In this document: one piece after another, positions 24,311 through 37,657 of the stretch | How positions within the stretch are numbered: the first letter of the stretch is position 1 | Layout of the letters: every line of letters begins with the position of its first letter | Made by a program: the position numbers and the translations under genes | The notes under the pieces: model-generated | What the model was told of the DNA's origin: nothing | Database searches by the model: none | What the model saw: the letters and a program-made list of their open reading frames with translations, nothing else | From: Hydrolagus colliei | Lineage: Eukaryota | DNA length: 64,000 nt | Direction of reading: 5' to 3' | NCBI GenBank assembly: GCA_035084275.1 | Contig: CM068749.1 | Location: 16,368,001 to 16,432,000 of the forward strand

Positions 24311-24915
24311 AAACAATATTAAGAAAAGGAAAGATGAGAAGAATGTGATGCAGCTCACCATATCACAGACATAATGGGCCTTACTAAAAAGTGGAAACAC
24401 ATACCATTTTTTCAACAGCAACGTATGTCAATAGATACAGAACACAAAATCTATCCAAGAACTACACACAATTAATTTCTGGATCTTAAAAACAACTTTT
24501 TTTAATTCCATAGTTGGGAATATAAAAGAGTCTACTCTTGCTGTGGGTCAATACAAAGGTCAAACTCTAATAAATTAAGCGAGAAATGTGTTAAGATTAG
24601 AAATCATTCAGTATTCATTGTCACCCAATTTACTGTATCTGATCAAAAAGGAGCAAGGCACTTATTAGCAATGGATAAACCTGAATTATTTCTGGTAAAT
24701 ATATTCTAGTTCCCTGACCATGCACACAGAGATAGTGGGAAGGTGGCTACCCCTCCTCTTTCCTGAAGCTTTCTTAAAGAGGTGCCCTCAAACACTTTTG
24801 GTAGTTACCAACTCCTCACACTACCCAGTCTCTCAATATGAGCAAGGAAATCAATTAGCTCCACTCACTTACATAAAATGGCAATTGAACACAGCAACAA
24901 ATAATTAATAAAATG

Positions 24916-24952
24916 CAAAATACTGCAGATGCTGGAAATCTTAAACAAAAAC
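24916..24952 (+). mobile_element. Penelope-like terminal-repeat fragment
   Basis: AAAATACTGCAGATGCTGGAAA is identical to the start of the left arm near 3143-3164. Confidence 0.75.
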
Positions 24953-25208
24953 TGGGTTCAATTCCCGGCAGGACGAAACCTTGGACAAGTTTCCTTACTT
25001 CACATGCCTAATAATAATCCCTTGAAATACAATAATAAATTGGTCATTTTAATTCATGACTGTTTGTGGAACGCTGCTGTGTACAATTGGCTGCCGCATT
25101 TCGCCTACAAATATACAGTCAATTCAATTTACAGTGTATTCTGTGAAGCATTTTGAGACGTCTAGAAGACATGAAAAGCACTATATCAAAAGCAAGGATT
25201 ATTATTAT
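24953..25208 (+). mobile_element. tRNA-derived SINE, truncated at the B box
   Basis: Runs from GGTTCAATTCCCGGCAGG through to the AAGGATTATTATTAT tail. Confidence 0.95.
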
Positions 25209-26268
25209 GAAGATAAACTTTTTGAATGGATTTCACAAGTTTCCTTAGCTCTTTGAATAATCACATCATAATTTTTCTTTTCTAAAATAAAAAGAGCTGT
25301 GCAGCAATTGACATTGTAAGTAATTACATTTGCCGCTATCCTTATCTTAATGGCAAACTAGTGGGAACAAGACATCTGCAGGCAAGAGTCTGGATTATCA
25401 TCCACATCTTGTTAATACCCTGGTACGTCACCTTCTTACTGTCATGAAAGGTAACCTTGTCGTCTGCTTCCTTGTGGCTGGATCAGCTTGGGGAACAGAA
25501 TGCAGTCATATGAAGCTAGTAGATACACTGGACTATTAATATGCCTAGGATCGATGTCAGAGATCAGGTATAAGAGTACAGATGTGAGTGAATTGTCACC
25601 TTTATTGTCAAGCTAATTTTAAACAAAGCAGAATTAATAAAACATTATAAATAATTTTATCATACTGTTTTATTCATATAAAAACTGCACTTTTTTTTAC
25701 CAGTTGTTTTGCATACATCTGTAGGCTTTCCTGTTATCCTCCACAAGTTAGATAAGTGATGCCGGTCATGAATCAGAGGCAGCCAGAGGTAAATCATAGA
25801 GAAACCATTCTTGTAGATCTGTATTTAGAGTTTTCAATTGATAAGATTGCCTCAAGTCTCCCGCTGATTTTGCTGCTGAAATGAAAGGATCCTGAAATAA
25901 CCAGATCAAGTAAGACACTGCATGATGTTGCTTGGCAGACAAAAAGATCTTAATGGCTCAATGGCAATTTGCATTGCCACACAGTCATTTCTGATTAAAT
26001 CGACCGAGCTCATCAAAATAAGTAGCTCTGACAATTTCAGTCCATTTTCTGTACTTTTCTGATAAAAAAAGGGAAAAGTTTTCTGAATTGAATTTTGAGT
26101 AATCGCTTTTGATTTCTAAATTGATCAAACTCAAGCCTGTTAAGCATGACCTTACATCAGAGGATCACAGCCAATATCCATTTTTTCAGAAGAAGTTCAT
26201 TTCTAAGATCATTAGGCTCTGAGTCTGGTCTTTTTATGCCTGTTGTTGAAGGGGCAGCCTTTTTAAAA

Positions 26269-26533
26269 AATAATAATAATCCTTGCATTTGATATCGCAC
26301 TTTTCACGTCTTCTAGACAAACTGCTTCACAGAATATACTGTAAAGTGAATTGATTGTATATATGTGGGCGAAATGCGGCAGCCAATTACGCAGAGCAGT
26401 TTCCCACAAACAGTCGTGGATTGAAATGACCAAATTTTATTATTGTGTTTTTTTTTGAGAGATTATTATTAAGCGTATGGAGTAAGACAACTTGCCCAAG
26501 ATTTCTCCCTGACCTGCCTGGATTGGATACAGA
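26269..26533 (-). mobile_element. tRNA-derived SINE, 5'-truncated
   Basis: (AAT)n CCTTGCATTTGATA...CTTGCCCAAG...CCTGACCTGCCTGG. Confidence 0.93.
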
Positions 26534-27277
26534 AAATCTAATAAATGTAAAATCCCATTCCAATTCCCCTGAATTGTAATTTTTCCTATTCCTATGTTCA
26601 AATTCAATGCAGGAAACATCACTCTGTAATTTAATGTTTGCATTTGCTTAGCTTTCACACTATCGGTTAACCATGAATAAGCCCACACAATGGTTTTAAA
26701 AGCCAACAAACACATCCAACTTCATTGCTTTTGATTTGTAATTTATTTGGGGGATCTAATTTATAATTGAAGAAAATCGATTTGAGGGCCAATGAAATTT
26801 CAAGGGTCCTGTAAATTTAAACATAACAAAAGGTGTTGTGGAGTACTGAAAGCAATTACGTTTTTTGGATGAACAGCCTATTATCACACCACATGAAAGT
26901 AAACACGAGTAAGCCTCCTGCAAACAGCAAACCATGATGGAAGTTTCTCAAAGATCGGATGCATTTTATGCTTTTAGAATAAATAATCTCGACTGGATTA
27001 ATGGGATAATAAACAAAATGCTGCTTGAATAAGATTCTGCAGTTTATGCCAACTTTATTTGATTGTAGTGAGGCTTGTTTTTCCAGTAGGAGCCTCAACC
27101 TAACACTTTGTATTTGTGTACCTCGGAAGTACACCGGGGGGGAAAGGGGAGCAGCATTGTTTTGAGAAAGAAGAGAAGGCAAAATCATTTGCTGTACATG
27201 CTAATAATATTTGCATATGAAATTGTTGATTTTTTGTGTGAGGATAGTGCATGAACACACTTTCCAACGTGTACGAT

Positions 27278-27502
27278 AAAGTGCAGAGGCTGTGTATTTT
27301 GTAGGCAAACGCAGTAGTCAATTGCTGCTCAGTATATGTCCCTTAAACAGCTGTAAAGTGAATGACCAGTTTTATCTGGGAGAATTGGTGGCTAAGATAC
27401 TGGGAGAAACTCCATTGTCTCTTTGAACAGTGCCTGTTTGAATTGGATCTTTAATGTGCACCTGAACAGGCAGACAGAACCTCCGTTTAATATCTCATCT
27501 GA
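27278..27502 (-). mobile_element. Old Deu-domain-type SINE fragment
   Basis: GGATCTTTAATGTGCACCTGAACAGGCAGACAGAACCTCCGTTTAATATCTCATCTGA, homologous to the copies at 7392 and 8375. Confidence 0.75.
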
Positions 27503-30500
27503 CCAACGGGAAAGAAAGAGTGAACTGACACAACCTCAGAAAATATTTGGAAATGTAACAAGAAATCTATGAGCCATCATTGTTCACTGCACATTCAATC
27601 ACTAAGCCCAATTTAGCCAAGGTCATAAACAAATGAAGAGCAAAACAGACATTCAGGAAATTACAAAAAGATTCTAATACAAAAACTAATATGTGTATAG
27701 TTGCTAGAACAAAGCTACTGTGGTAAAAAAAAACTTTTTTATTAGAAATATACATTTTGACCAGCAGCTGAAAAATGCCCTGCCATATCTCTGCAGAAAT
27801 AAATCTTCCTCGACAGAGCATTTAGACCCTTTTCATTATGTACATATCACTGCTGTATTCCAAAATTGTGTGAGACACATTGCCCTTTTTAGCTAGGGGT
27901 ACTGGACATTATAAACAGGGCCTACAGTATAATAACATTGCTTGCATCTTGAAGCATTTCAAAACTGAATTCTTAACCATTATGTTGTTGGATTTTTCCA
28001 TTTTTCTTTGGGGGTTAAGGGATCATTCCTTAAGGGATCATAATTGCTAGCTGCCATACATCCTATGGTTTCAATGATGCAAGTCCTGTGATATGTACAT
28101 TATATCTATAGTGACCATTTCATTAATTCATTACCTGGCAGCACTTTATTTCCCATTCCTGTGTTATCCCCAGCGGCAAATAACCTCTGGAGATATGAAA
28201 ATATTCTCATCGGGTAAATAGATATAGGGTTGTACTGAAGAGTGCTGTTTGAAATCAACCTTCTGAAAAAGGAAACACAATTGTCCCCTCACCAACCTTT
28301 TAATCTTTACTATTTGAAGGATACGAATCTCACATATCATGTTCCAGATTTTAAAGCGGTAACATTTTCTAAGCAATTGTCATATATGGAATGTTCTTAT
28401 TGTTTGACAAATATGTGCTTTTCATATATTCACTATTTTTGGCTAATTAATTAAGATGTAACAATGCTATTTATTTGGCCACTGAATAGGAATCCCCAGT
28501 AGAGTCCAGTATCGGAGCTTAATTTAAACATCAAAGCTACGCCTGCATACTATTCAATGGATTGTATTTGTGAAAGACAAACTAACTGCAATGGTTATGC
28601 CTCAGGAACATGTATTTTCCATTTTAAGATATTGGAGCTGATTAAAGAGGCCTATAGTGTGGAGAATAACAGAATTAAAACAAAGGATAGTAAGAAACGA
28701 AGCACAGCTGTCACCATTTCTAAGTATCAGTCGCTGCAGTGTTGTGTTTCAAGTTACAAGTCCTGATGTGCTTAGAGGATGTTCAATTTGCAAATTTCCA
28801 TTTGGTTGCAGATGGGGAATGTATGGATATAACATGGAATTAATTGTGTACGCATTTCACAATCTCACTATTTATTGGAAGAGTTGAAGTGTGACGGTAT
28901 CCCGTTTTACCCGCTCATAAGAGGGAGAAATTCTTTGATTTAAGATGAATTTTTGAAATGTGCATCATCACCCATCATCTGTTACAAAGAAAAAGACTAG
29001 TCTACCTTTGTATTGCAATAGATAGAAATGGATAACATTGCCTCCGGACACTCTACTGGCTTATATGGCTCTGACAAAGAATGAAAGCTCGCCACGGATT
29101 GGGAGACAGACTCAAGCCATGATAGCACCTTTCTATGCTATGTTGATAACTAGAATCTGAACTGTGCAGCATTGAAGGAAAGGCAATGCCTAAGTAAATT
29201 ATAATATCAGTCGTGGCAAAATATATGATTATACAGTAATTGGATACTTTAAATATTAGATCTGATAAATTATGCACATATTTAAACTCAGTTGGATTTG
29301 GGGCCAAACGCCTTGCTTCTTTCCCACATAGTAGTTTTGATTATCTTTTAAAAATCATAAAAGATATTTTTCATGTCAATTATAGATATTAAATAATATG
29401 CAATAGTGCAATAATATGATGGTTAAATGTATGGTACGTCAATCCACATTTTGAATTAACAGTGTTTTTCTAAATAATGACATCTGGGCCTTCTCGATCT
29501 GAATTTGATTATTCAAAGTGCAGAAATAGTCAATCCGATTGCTCAACTCTACATGTGTTGTGGATATATTTGATTTTGGCTATATGGTAGTCATTACTGT
29601 CATTATCCCAAATCTAAACTCCTCTACAGTCTGTAATTTAGTAAATGTATTAATACAGCCAAGCAAGCCTAATGCTACACAGCATGCATCAAACCAGATG
29701 GGCTAGACAAGCTAAGATCAGATCCCAGGCTGTGTGATGTAAATTTGACCTTTGAATGATTCTACTGTATTCAATATGACAGTTAGCAGCAACCCTCAAC
29801 ATTTTGTGGAATCTATGATCCTTTCTGTGGCTAAATGTGAAGGGTTCAAATTATATTACCTTCAAATAGAAGCTTATGTTTGAAGAGTGCATTGTGTAAA
29901 CTCTAAAATCATTGCGGTGGATTCACAGTGCGTCTTTCATATTGATTTCAGAACCTACCTACCATGCTTACAGTCAAGGCTTTCAAACCCTTGCTAGTAA
30001 CAAGACACCTTTACCCCCCTATAACACTACTGCACTCAGAGCTATATGAGAGAAAGCGTTAAATCAAAAAAGATTATGAGGAAGGAGTGGGAGCACAACT
30101 CAAAAAAATTGGGTTTGCTTTGCTCATAATATATTTGCTAGTTATGTATAAATTTGTATTCATCATATTTTGTTATTCCCCAGACTTGCATCTAGCAGCT
30201 TATTGTGGTATTATGAATCTTCAGCACGTTTGGCTTTATTGTTATCCAGATTTGCATTATAATGTCACCAGACTTAGGTTCAATATTGTATGTATTCATT
30301 TCAACCTGGAAAGAAATGCAGGTTAGATCCAACAGTACAGTAATCTATATTGCAGTGTCCCTGAGTCTGGGTTCCTTCCGTGCTGTGGCATGGCACAGAC
30401 CTGTGCTGTAATATTTGCTGGAATTAAGTAATCAAGGTGTGCCTCTTTGGGTGCACATTCCATTTAGATACAGGGAAATTTCCATACATCAGTGTCATGC

Positions 30501-30533
30501 ATATGTGCAACTCTGTTTTGATTTGGATACCTG

Positions 30534-30655
30534 AATAACAACAACAAAATAAAATTTGTAGAACACCTTTCATGTCGGGTGGACAGCATCCCAAGACGCT
30601 GAATATTCGGAGGTCAGGACCCGAGAGGGGGGGAGGGATCTTAAGAATGGTGAAG
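30534..30655 (-). mobile_element. L2 3' tail
   Basis: AACAACAACAAAA...ATTTGTAGAACACCTTTCATGTC...CATCCCAAGACGCTG. Confidence 0.7.
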
Positions 30656-32080
30656 GGTTTTCACATGTCCCAGATATGAGGCTGATCAATAAATATTGAG
30701 CATGGCCACAATCGACCATTGAAATTGCACATTACAAAAGTATAATTTCGCACCCATCGCAACACTTAGATTGCTTCTTTAACATTGGTTTGACTCAGAG
30801 GCTTGCAAAGCAGATGTTCCATGTTGGCAGTTAGAACAGCCAATTTCAGTTATATCACCATATCTGTCACTCTAAAAATCTATTTGTATTAAAAGAGAAA
30901 CTTCGTAGCTTTTTTAAATAAACCCCACTGAACGTAAAAGTGCAGGCCAGCATTTTCCAGTGGTATTGTGTAATTGTATATTGGCAGAAAGAATGATTTC
31001 ATGGTGTAAGATTGGAAAATGACTCTCTTGTAATGATGAAATTTACATAAATAAATGCTGATAGCATGATAACAGATAATGTGCTGCAGTATCATCACAA
31101 TAGGTTGTCTCTCACTGACACAGAGCCGAGTTGGAACCACACAATTATGCAAATAAGAGTATTGCCAGTTCCTCATTACTGTCATGGTAGTGGAGGTAAA
31201 AACATATCCTCCGTAGACAGTTTACTTCCTGGGCCCAAAGCCAAATTGTTTAGTTTCCTGACATGATATCTGAGTCAACAAAAATAGGTTAAAAAAGCAA
31301 TACATCAGTTGAGTTTAAACCAAGGCAGCTCTAAAGTTTAAATGGTTTGAGAACTGATGTCTTCAGTAAAACGTATCACCAGATTGGAGCCATATGTCTC
31401 TTCGCATATCCTCCCAAAGCCTGGTACAAATTGGATCCATCCGCTGTTAACAACTCCCTCAGACATGGTAACCTATTTACTACCTATGTATGGTAGCATA
31501 TCGAACAGTGACATCCAAAAATTCCACACCTTTGTTTAGCCACCATGATGAAGTCATCCCACTGCGCGGATTAAAAAAAGTTAGATGATATTACATCATA
31601 ATTTGAGCTTTTTACTTTTGGAATTCATATTTTTTTTAATTTTGTCAACCCGCGTTTTGGTTTTCTGATTTCTGTTACTCATGAAGATGAAGGTTGCCAG
31701 TATTGTGAAATGGAACACAGCATTTGCATTCAGCTTTTCCGGGTCAAATCTGGCAAACTCTCGGATCCATCATGTAATGGGTAAGTGATGTGTGCCCAGG
31801 CCGTGGACAAAGGATGAAGGCAATGTTCTCATGCATTTCTTACCGAGTGGCGCTGCTGCAGGAAGCTTACAGGGAGTTCCTTGTATCTGGCATTTGACTA
31901 GCGAGGACTCAAAGCTGTGCTTGTCAGGCATCCAATAATGGACCTGAATTATCTCCAAGATGAGTGTTTGGAATTGCAACATCAAGTCAAATCAAACCTC
32001 AGTGGCAGCATGATGCCTGATTCAGATGGGCGCACAGCACTCCATTGGCACTGCCAGCTTGACCCATCATCTCGTTTAGG

Positions 32081-32310
32081 TGTCAGCCTGGCTCAGTAGG
32101 TAGTGCGGTTGTCCCTAGGTTTAGGATTCAAGACCTTTGTTGGGAATTCAAGCTCACAGTGTACATTGTTGGAGATGCTGTCCTTTGGCTTATAAAATAA
32201 ATTGTCTTGTCTTTTCATGTGAGACTTTATAAATGTGGCTGCTCCTTTGCCTATAAATACAATGTCACTGAACATTACTGCAATTCCCTATGAAATGATT
32301 TGAGACTTTA
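32081..32310 (+). mobile_element. Highly degenerate old tRNA SINE
   Basis: GTCAGCCTGGCTCAGTAGGTAG head-like start, with TGTTGGAGATGCTGTCCTTT resembling the Deu-type body. Confidence 0.4.
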
Positions 32311-32424
32311 TAACTGGTATATAGTACCATAAACTGTTTTATGTAATTTGGCATATTTTCCCTCCCCTCCTTCAACCATCTTCTCAGAACTATAAGCCTC
32401 AAGCTACTTTAATGGCTACTTTGT

Positions 32425-32751
32425 GGAGCTCCTGTGGCTCAGTGGTTAGAGCACTTGTCTTGCAAGCTGGGGAGACCTGTGTTCAAATCCAGGCAAGTCA
32501 GGGTGAAACCTTGGGCAAGTTTCCTTACTCCACATGCCTAATAATAATCCCTCAAAAAAAACCATAATAATAAAATTGGTCATTTCAATCCACGACTGTT
32601 TGTGGGACACAGCTGTGCATAATTGGCTGCCGTGATTCGCCCATGAATATATACAATCAATTCACTTTACAGTATATTTTGTGAAGCGCTTTGGGACGTC
32701 AATGAAATGTGAAAAGCGCTATATCAAATGCAAGGATTATATTATTATATT
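32425..32751 (+). mobile_element. Full-length tRNA-derived SINE with L2-type tail (reference copy)
   Basis: Pol III A box TGGCTCAGTGG (32435-32445), B box GTTCAAATCC (32481-32490), TGC anticodon-like loop, and tail GAAAAGCGCTATATCAAATGCAAGG(ATT)n resembling local L2 ends. Many copies occur in the window. Confidence 0.95.
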
Positions 32752-35371
32752 AATCTTTTTTTCATAGCTCATCTCCTTAGGATAAGTCAGGTTCCTCTTC
32801 TCAGTACTTTTTACTTAAGTAAGTACAGTAGCTATATCTTTGCAGTGTGATCAAAACAGTATTTTAAGTGTGGTCCTGTCCTTCCAGCACAGGATGTCTC
32901 AGCACATCATGAATCTGTTTTTAAATGAGTCTAATGTCCTGGCCTCAGCCACGCTTCCTGACAACAAAAAGTGGACAGCTAAATAATTCACAGAATGGTA
33001 TAATGTGTTATGGGAAATTTGCAACCTGGAGCATATTTTATCAGCAGCAGCAGCGAGCACAGTAATTAGTATGTTTTCAAGAGTGTGATGGGCACATTTA
33101 CTAAAAACACGTGAACACTGATGCTCTCTCTTAATGAATGAAGCTGTAATTAGTGTGATATTTTGTTTGTTCTACATCTCTGTCAGCTTGTGAATATATA
33201 GGAGAGATGAACATTTGAAGGGTTTTTATCTGATCATTTACTGGAGTGTTTTTATTTGATTCGTTTTTGCTAATTATCAATAGCCTAGCAAGTGAAAATA
33301 TTCAATTCCATAGAACAAATAATGCATTTATTACATGGAAGCAATGGGTCAGCTTTCCATACATACACAGTATTGTGTTTTTGTATGGAAAGGTTTCAGA
33401 CAATAGTACAATGTTTTTTACAGCAAAAAAAAGCATAGGTAGAAAAAGGTCATTCATAACTAGTTTCATAGCAGTGTAATAGGACCTCTACAAACATATG
33501 CTTTCAGCATTATAATGCCTTCTCTGATCTAACCTTGAGTGCTAATATCATACCCCAGCACTCTCAGTCTGTGACACACAATTTCCTGACCAACACAGCT
33601 CCTAACACTAAATGGTTTGATTGCTTGAAGGGAATATTGTGCTCAGTCAAAGATCAGCTGTTAGTCGAATGTTTATTTTGTGTTGGCCAAAATACAATTT
33701 ATGTAAAGTATCCCTTAGGAGAATCTGTTCTCAGCCACCTGTCCAATTTGCCAGGAATTACATTCATTCAAATATGTACAATCTGTTTATGCACTATTCC
33801 TAGGCCCGAGAGACACATTGGCTTTGAAATCTGGACCAATAGAATCTATTATTCCCCCCAAATGTGTATTGTTGTATTTTATTGGTGCATCCATAGGAAA
33901 TCACTATCATTCTCTACAATATCAATATCTTGGGACATTCCCACGTGGAATTTAGTGCAGTGCTGTGCTGTTCATTGCATTTCCATTATTTTGGCGAGAT
34001 AGTGTATTTATATTTTTAGTTTAATCAACTGGTCCTGGCACATCTCATGTTCACATTATTGCAGTACATATGTGTCGCCATCTGTTAGGGTCAATGTGAA
34101 TTCCCAGATTATGAATCTGGTTGTCCTGAATGTTTATTATAGCAGTCTGTCCAAGAAACTTCAAAATAACTTACGTTTCTATAGAGCCCTTCAAGTAAGG
34201 TAATGTCGCATATTTCATTCCACACTTCAATTTGCCTCCAAGGATAAACCAAATTGCTCTAATTTGGAGTAACGCTTGATATGCTTTATCTGTATATTTT
34301 ATAGATGTACAATCTGACTAAATCCATAAACAAAAATTTTCTTCTCTGCATATCATTAAGTGGTATGGAGTTGTATGGAGTTAAATAAAGAACATAAGAA
34401 TTTATTATTTATTCAAAGGCTTCATAACCATTATTATCTTCATAACTTCCAGTACTCATTTAAGAATCAGCAGTTAGATGGTTAGGCATTCTGAAAGCAT
34501 GAGATCAAATAAGCCCAAACACCTTCTTCACTCATACCTCTCTTGTGATCCTTCTTGGTACTGTTCCCAAGTACAGCTACATATCCAGTTTATCTTGTTT
34601 TAATTGGATACTCCGCAAATGTTTAATCCACACAGGATCAACTCTGTTTGTCTAGAGTTTGTCACTTCACTCCTGTTTAAAGTTTATACTGCATTAAAAA
34701 AAAACCTGGAATACAGTTATCCATGAGCTATTCAGATATTATTATTATTATTATTGAATCCTTTCCCTGAGAATTAGAATTTCTGGTCAGGAACTGGTAG
34801 AAAGACCGTAAGTGGACAAATGACAGAACAATTGTATTATTACTATGTTATTAGTACCATTGTTATAAATGTGTGAGAAGCACAACTGTTGCCCAAGGAT
34901 AAAAGTATCGATGAGTGCCAGACTGGTGTATGTGAATCATTCATTACCTGAACTATCGCAGAGTGCAACTCAATTGCAGAATGCGATTGCGGTTGCTTTT
35001 TGGGCTGTTTCTCAACCAAATGAAAAGGCCCAAAGGTTACAACCAAAGGTTGGAATGCAAAACACTGGCTGCCTCTGGGAACTTTTTCATTGAATTGCAT
35101 TGGAAAACTGACAGTTTCATTCACAAACCAGAAATCACTATTAACCAATGTCACATTTGAGAATGTCACATTCTAACTACTTTTGACTGATAGTCATTAT
35201 TTGAGTAACTTTGCTGACAACAGCATCCATTGTCTGGAAATCGTCAGCGAATCAAGCACATTCAAATTATTTCATTCTCTCTTTCTGCTTTTGGACCTAC
35301 CTACAAATCCTCTTCCCCCACCACCCCACTGCCACACACAATATTTATATTTTGTGTTCTATTCAAACATA

Positions 35372-35450
35372 GATCACCTGGCATTTATCTGAATTGCAAT
35401 CCATCTGTTACTTCTTAGCCCATCTGCTTAATTGGTCCGGATCTTCCTGA
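35372..35450 (-). mobile_element. CR1 reverse-transcriptase remnant
   Basis: Minus translation QEDPDQLSRWAKK*QMDCNSDKCQVI matches the CR1 motif LQxDLDxLxxWAxxWQMxFNxxKCxV. Confidence 0.8.
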
Positions 35451-35681
35451 TTCCCAGGTTATTTACGGTTACAATAAAAAAAAGGTTGATATACCCAACG
35501 TTTTCTGTCGGGATTCTGGCAGTAATTCTTTGGGCTTTTCATCTTCCCAGAAGTTATACCCAAGCAATTGAATTCTCTGGTCTGGCAACACTTATAACTA
35601 CTGCGTAAAGAGGTACATAAAATGTTAAATAGAACTGGGAAAATAAGCTCAGAACAGCCATTTCCAATGCGCTGAGATAGC

Positions 35682-35802
35682 AGAACAAAGGGACATATGT
35701 TTAGGGTTCCAAAGGGCAACTTCAGGATAGGAACGGGGAAATATTACTTTAATCAAAGGATAATTAATGATTGAAATAGGTTAATGAGAAGAATGGTTGA
35801 GG
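35682..35802 (+). mobile_element. CR1 ORF2 C-terminal remnant
   Basis: Reads RTKGHMFRVPKGNFRIGTGKYYFNQRIIND*NRL, matching CR1 RTRGH...FFTQRVxxxWNxL. Confidence 0.8.
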
Positions 35803-36012
35803 ATTGAAATTCTCATTATTTAAAAAGTTTGATGCTGTGATGGAAACTCAGTAAGTTGGGTGCATATTCTGGAAAGTGAATTGAATGTCTCTGTTCAACT
35901 GAACCAATTCTGTGACCTTTCCAGCAGCAACCATGGTATGAGATATCTGAGCTCATTGTAGAACCTTGAGATTTGTTTACTGTTTTTACGCCACTATATA
36001 CATAAAAATTCA

Positions 36013-36090
36013 CGCCCACAAAATATACAGTCAATTCATTTTATTCCGTTCAGACATCTTGAAGACATGATAAGCCACTCTATCAAATGC
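36013..36090 (+). mobile_element. SINE 3' fragment
   Basis: CGCCCACAAAATATACAGTCAATTCA...GAAGACATGA...CTATCAAATGC. Confidence 0.75.
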
Positions 36091-37626
36091 TCTATCGAAT
36101 CCTTTCAATAATATCATTAAATAATTTTTTCCTTTCATTGAAGCGCATTAGCTTCATTTAATTAATTAGTTATAAATGAATGTGCTTATCCCAAATATTT
36201 ATTTCATTGGGACAATGGTGGCCAACCTTTGTACGTGGCCAGCAAAATAAATTATCTTGATTGATTTCTGCTCATTAAACAAGAAATATTCAATTGAGAC
36301 AAACAGAAAAAAATACTTCTGATCAAATGCAGACTTACTTCATGTTGGCCCCATCTGCATTGGAGCTTCATATCTGGACATTATATAGCAGCATTGAGGA
36401 AATGAGAGCAAATGAATGCAACCATTTGAACCAACCGAATTGCCTTCCCCTTGACATCCCACCACATCCCCCAGACACCAAACAACTTCATCACTCCTCT
36501 CCCTTTCATTCCCACCACATCTCCTGTGCGCAATATTCACAAACATTCCTTACAGATTAAATAACCATAATCTGCGGAAATCAAACCGCATCTGCAATTT
36601 TCTCCTGCTCTGATCCAGATCGTGAGGTTTGTTTAATAGCACGTCAATAAATTGTCCTCTGAATGTAACTTTCATTCTGTTCCCACAAAATAAGCCATGC
36701 AATCTGCTCAGTATCCATAGGAGTTAATTTACATCTGGAGTTAGGACCGGTGCTTGCCTCAAGGGATCTTGTCAGGAAATTGAGCTGATGACCACAATTG
36801 ATATGAAAAGTTATTACTAGCCTTGAACAAAGCATAAATTTCATGGGAAAAGGGGTACAGGTGTTTTAAGAAAAATTCCCAGACTGAAACACATTTTTCC
36901 TAACAACTTTAAACTGGTACTAAAAGTTTCAAATACAATAATTGGAAGGACTTTAGACTTACAAGGTCATTAAGGGATTTATAAACAATAAATGTATTGC
37001 AGGGAATTAGGGATGGAATTGTTTTGTATATTACAATGAGCCTAGAGTCTTTCATATATCAGGAAGTATAAAGTGAAGCCCATTCTTCAATGTAATGTTT
37101 TTAAAATGAGAAGCATTCAATTGTAAAATTAGAAAACATTATAAATGTAATTCAGGTCATGTAGAAAGAAACTTATTAACACAGTAAATGGAGGAGCAAC
37201 ATTACTCATGACCCTTAAGAGCAAAGAATTTGCCAGCAGTTCTGAGTTCAAATTCACTGGCAATTTGATTTCCTTTTTGTTAAGTCCAGGGCAAAAGCTG
37301 GTTGGGTTCCAAAGAAGGACAAACACTAGAATAGATATATTCTATATATTTTATATGGAATCATACAGTGTGGGATAAGTGCCTTTGCACCATTACAGAT
37401 CGGCTCCTAATTATTTGGAGGCCTTAATCTACCCTTGCCATCATTAATATTGAGTCACATTTTGAACTGTGAATAAATCATAGGTAGGGAACATTACTGC
37501 CCAACCTGAAAATCACCAATTAAACCAATAGTCAAGATGGCGTGACAGACCAATATAGGTCCAGTAATGATTGTGCAATACATTTGTATGCTACACACAT
37601 TGTCTGATTTAAAATTATATTCTTCT

Positions 37627-37657
37627 CCACCCCCACCCACCCCCCCCCCCCACCCCC
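37627..37657 (-). repeat. G-rich tract (C-rich on + strand)
   Basis: Runs of C5, C3, C12 and C5 separated by single A residues. Confidence 0.8.

Noticed and set aside
33535-34002. Longest ORF in the window (155 aa)
   Set aside because: Non-ATG start, no domain motif, and composition typical of random AT-rich DNA.
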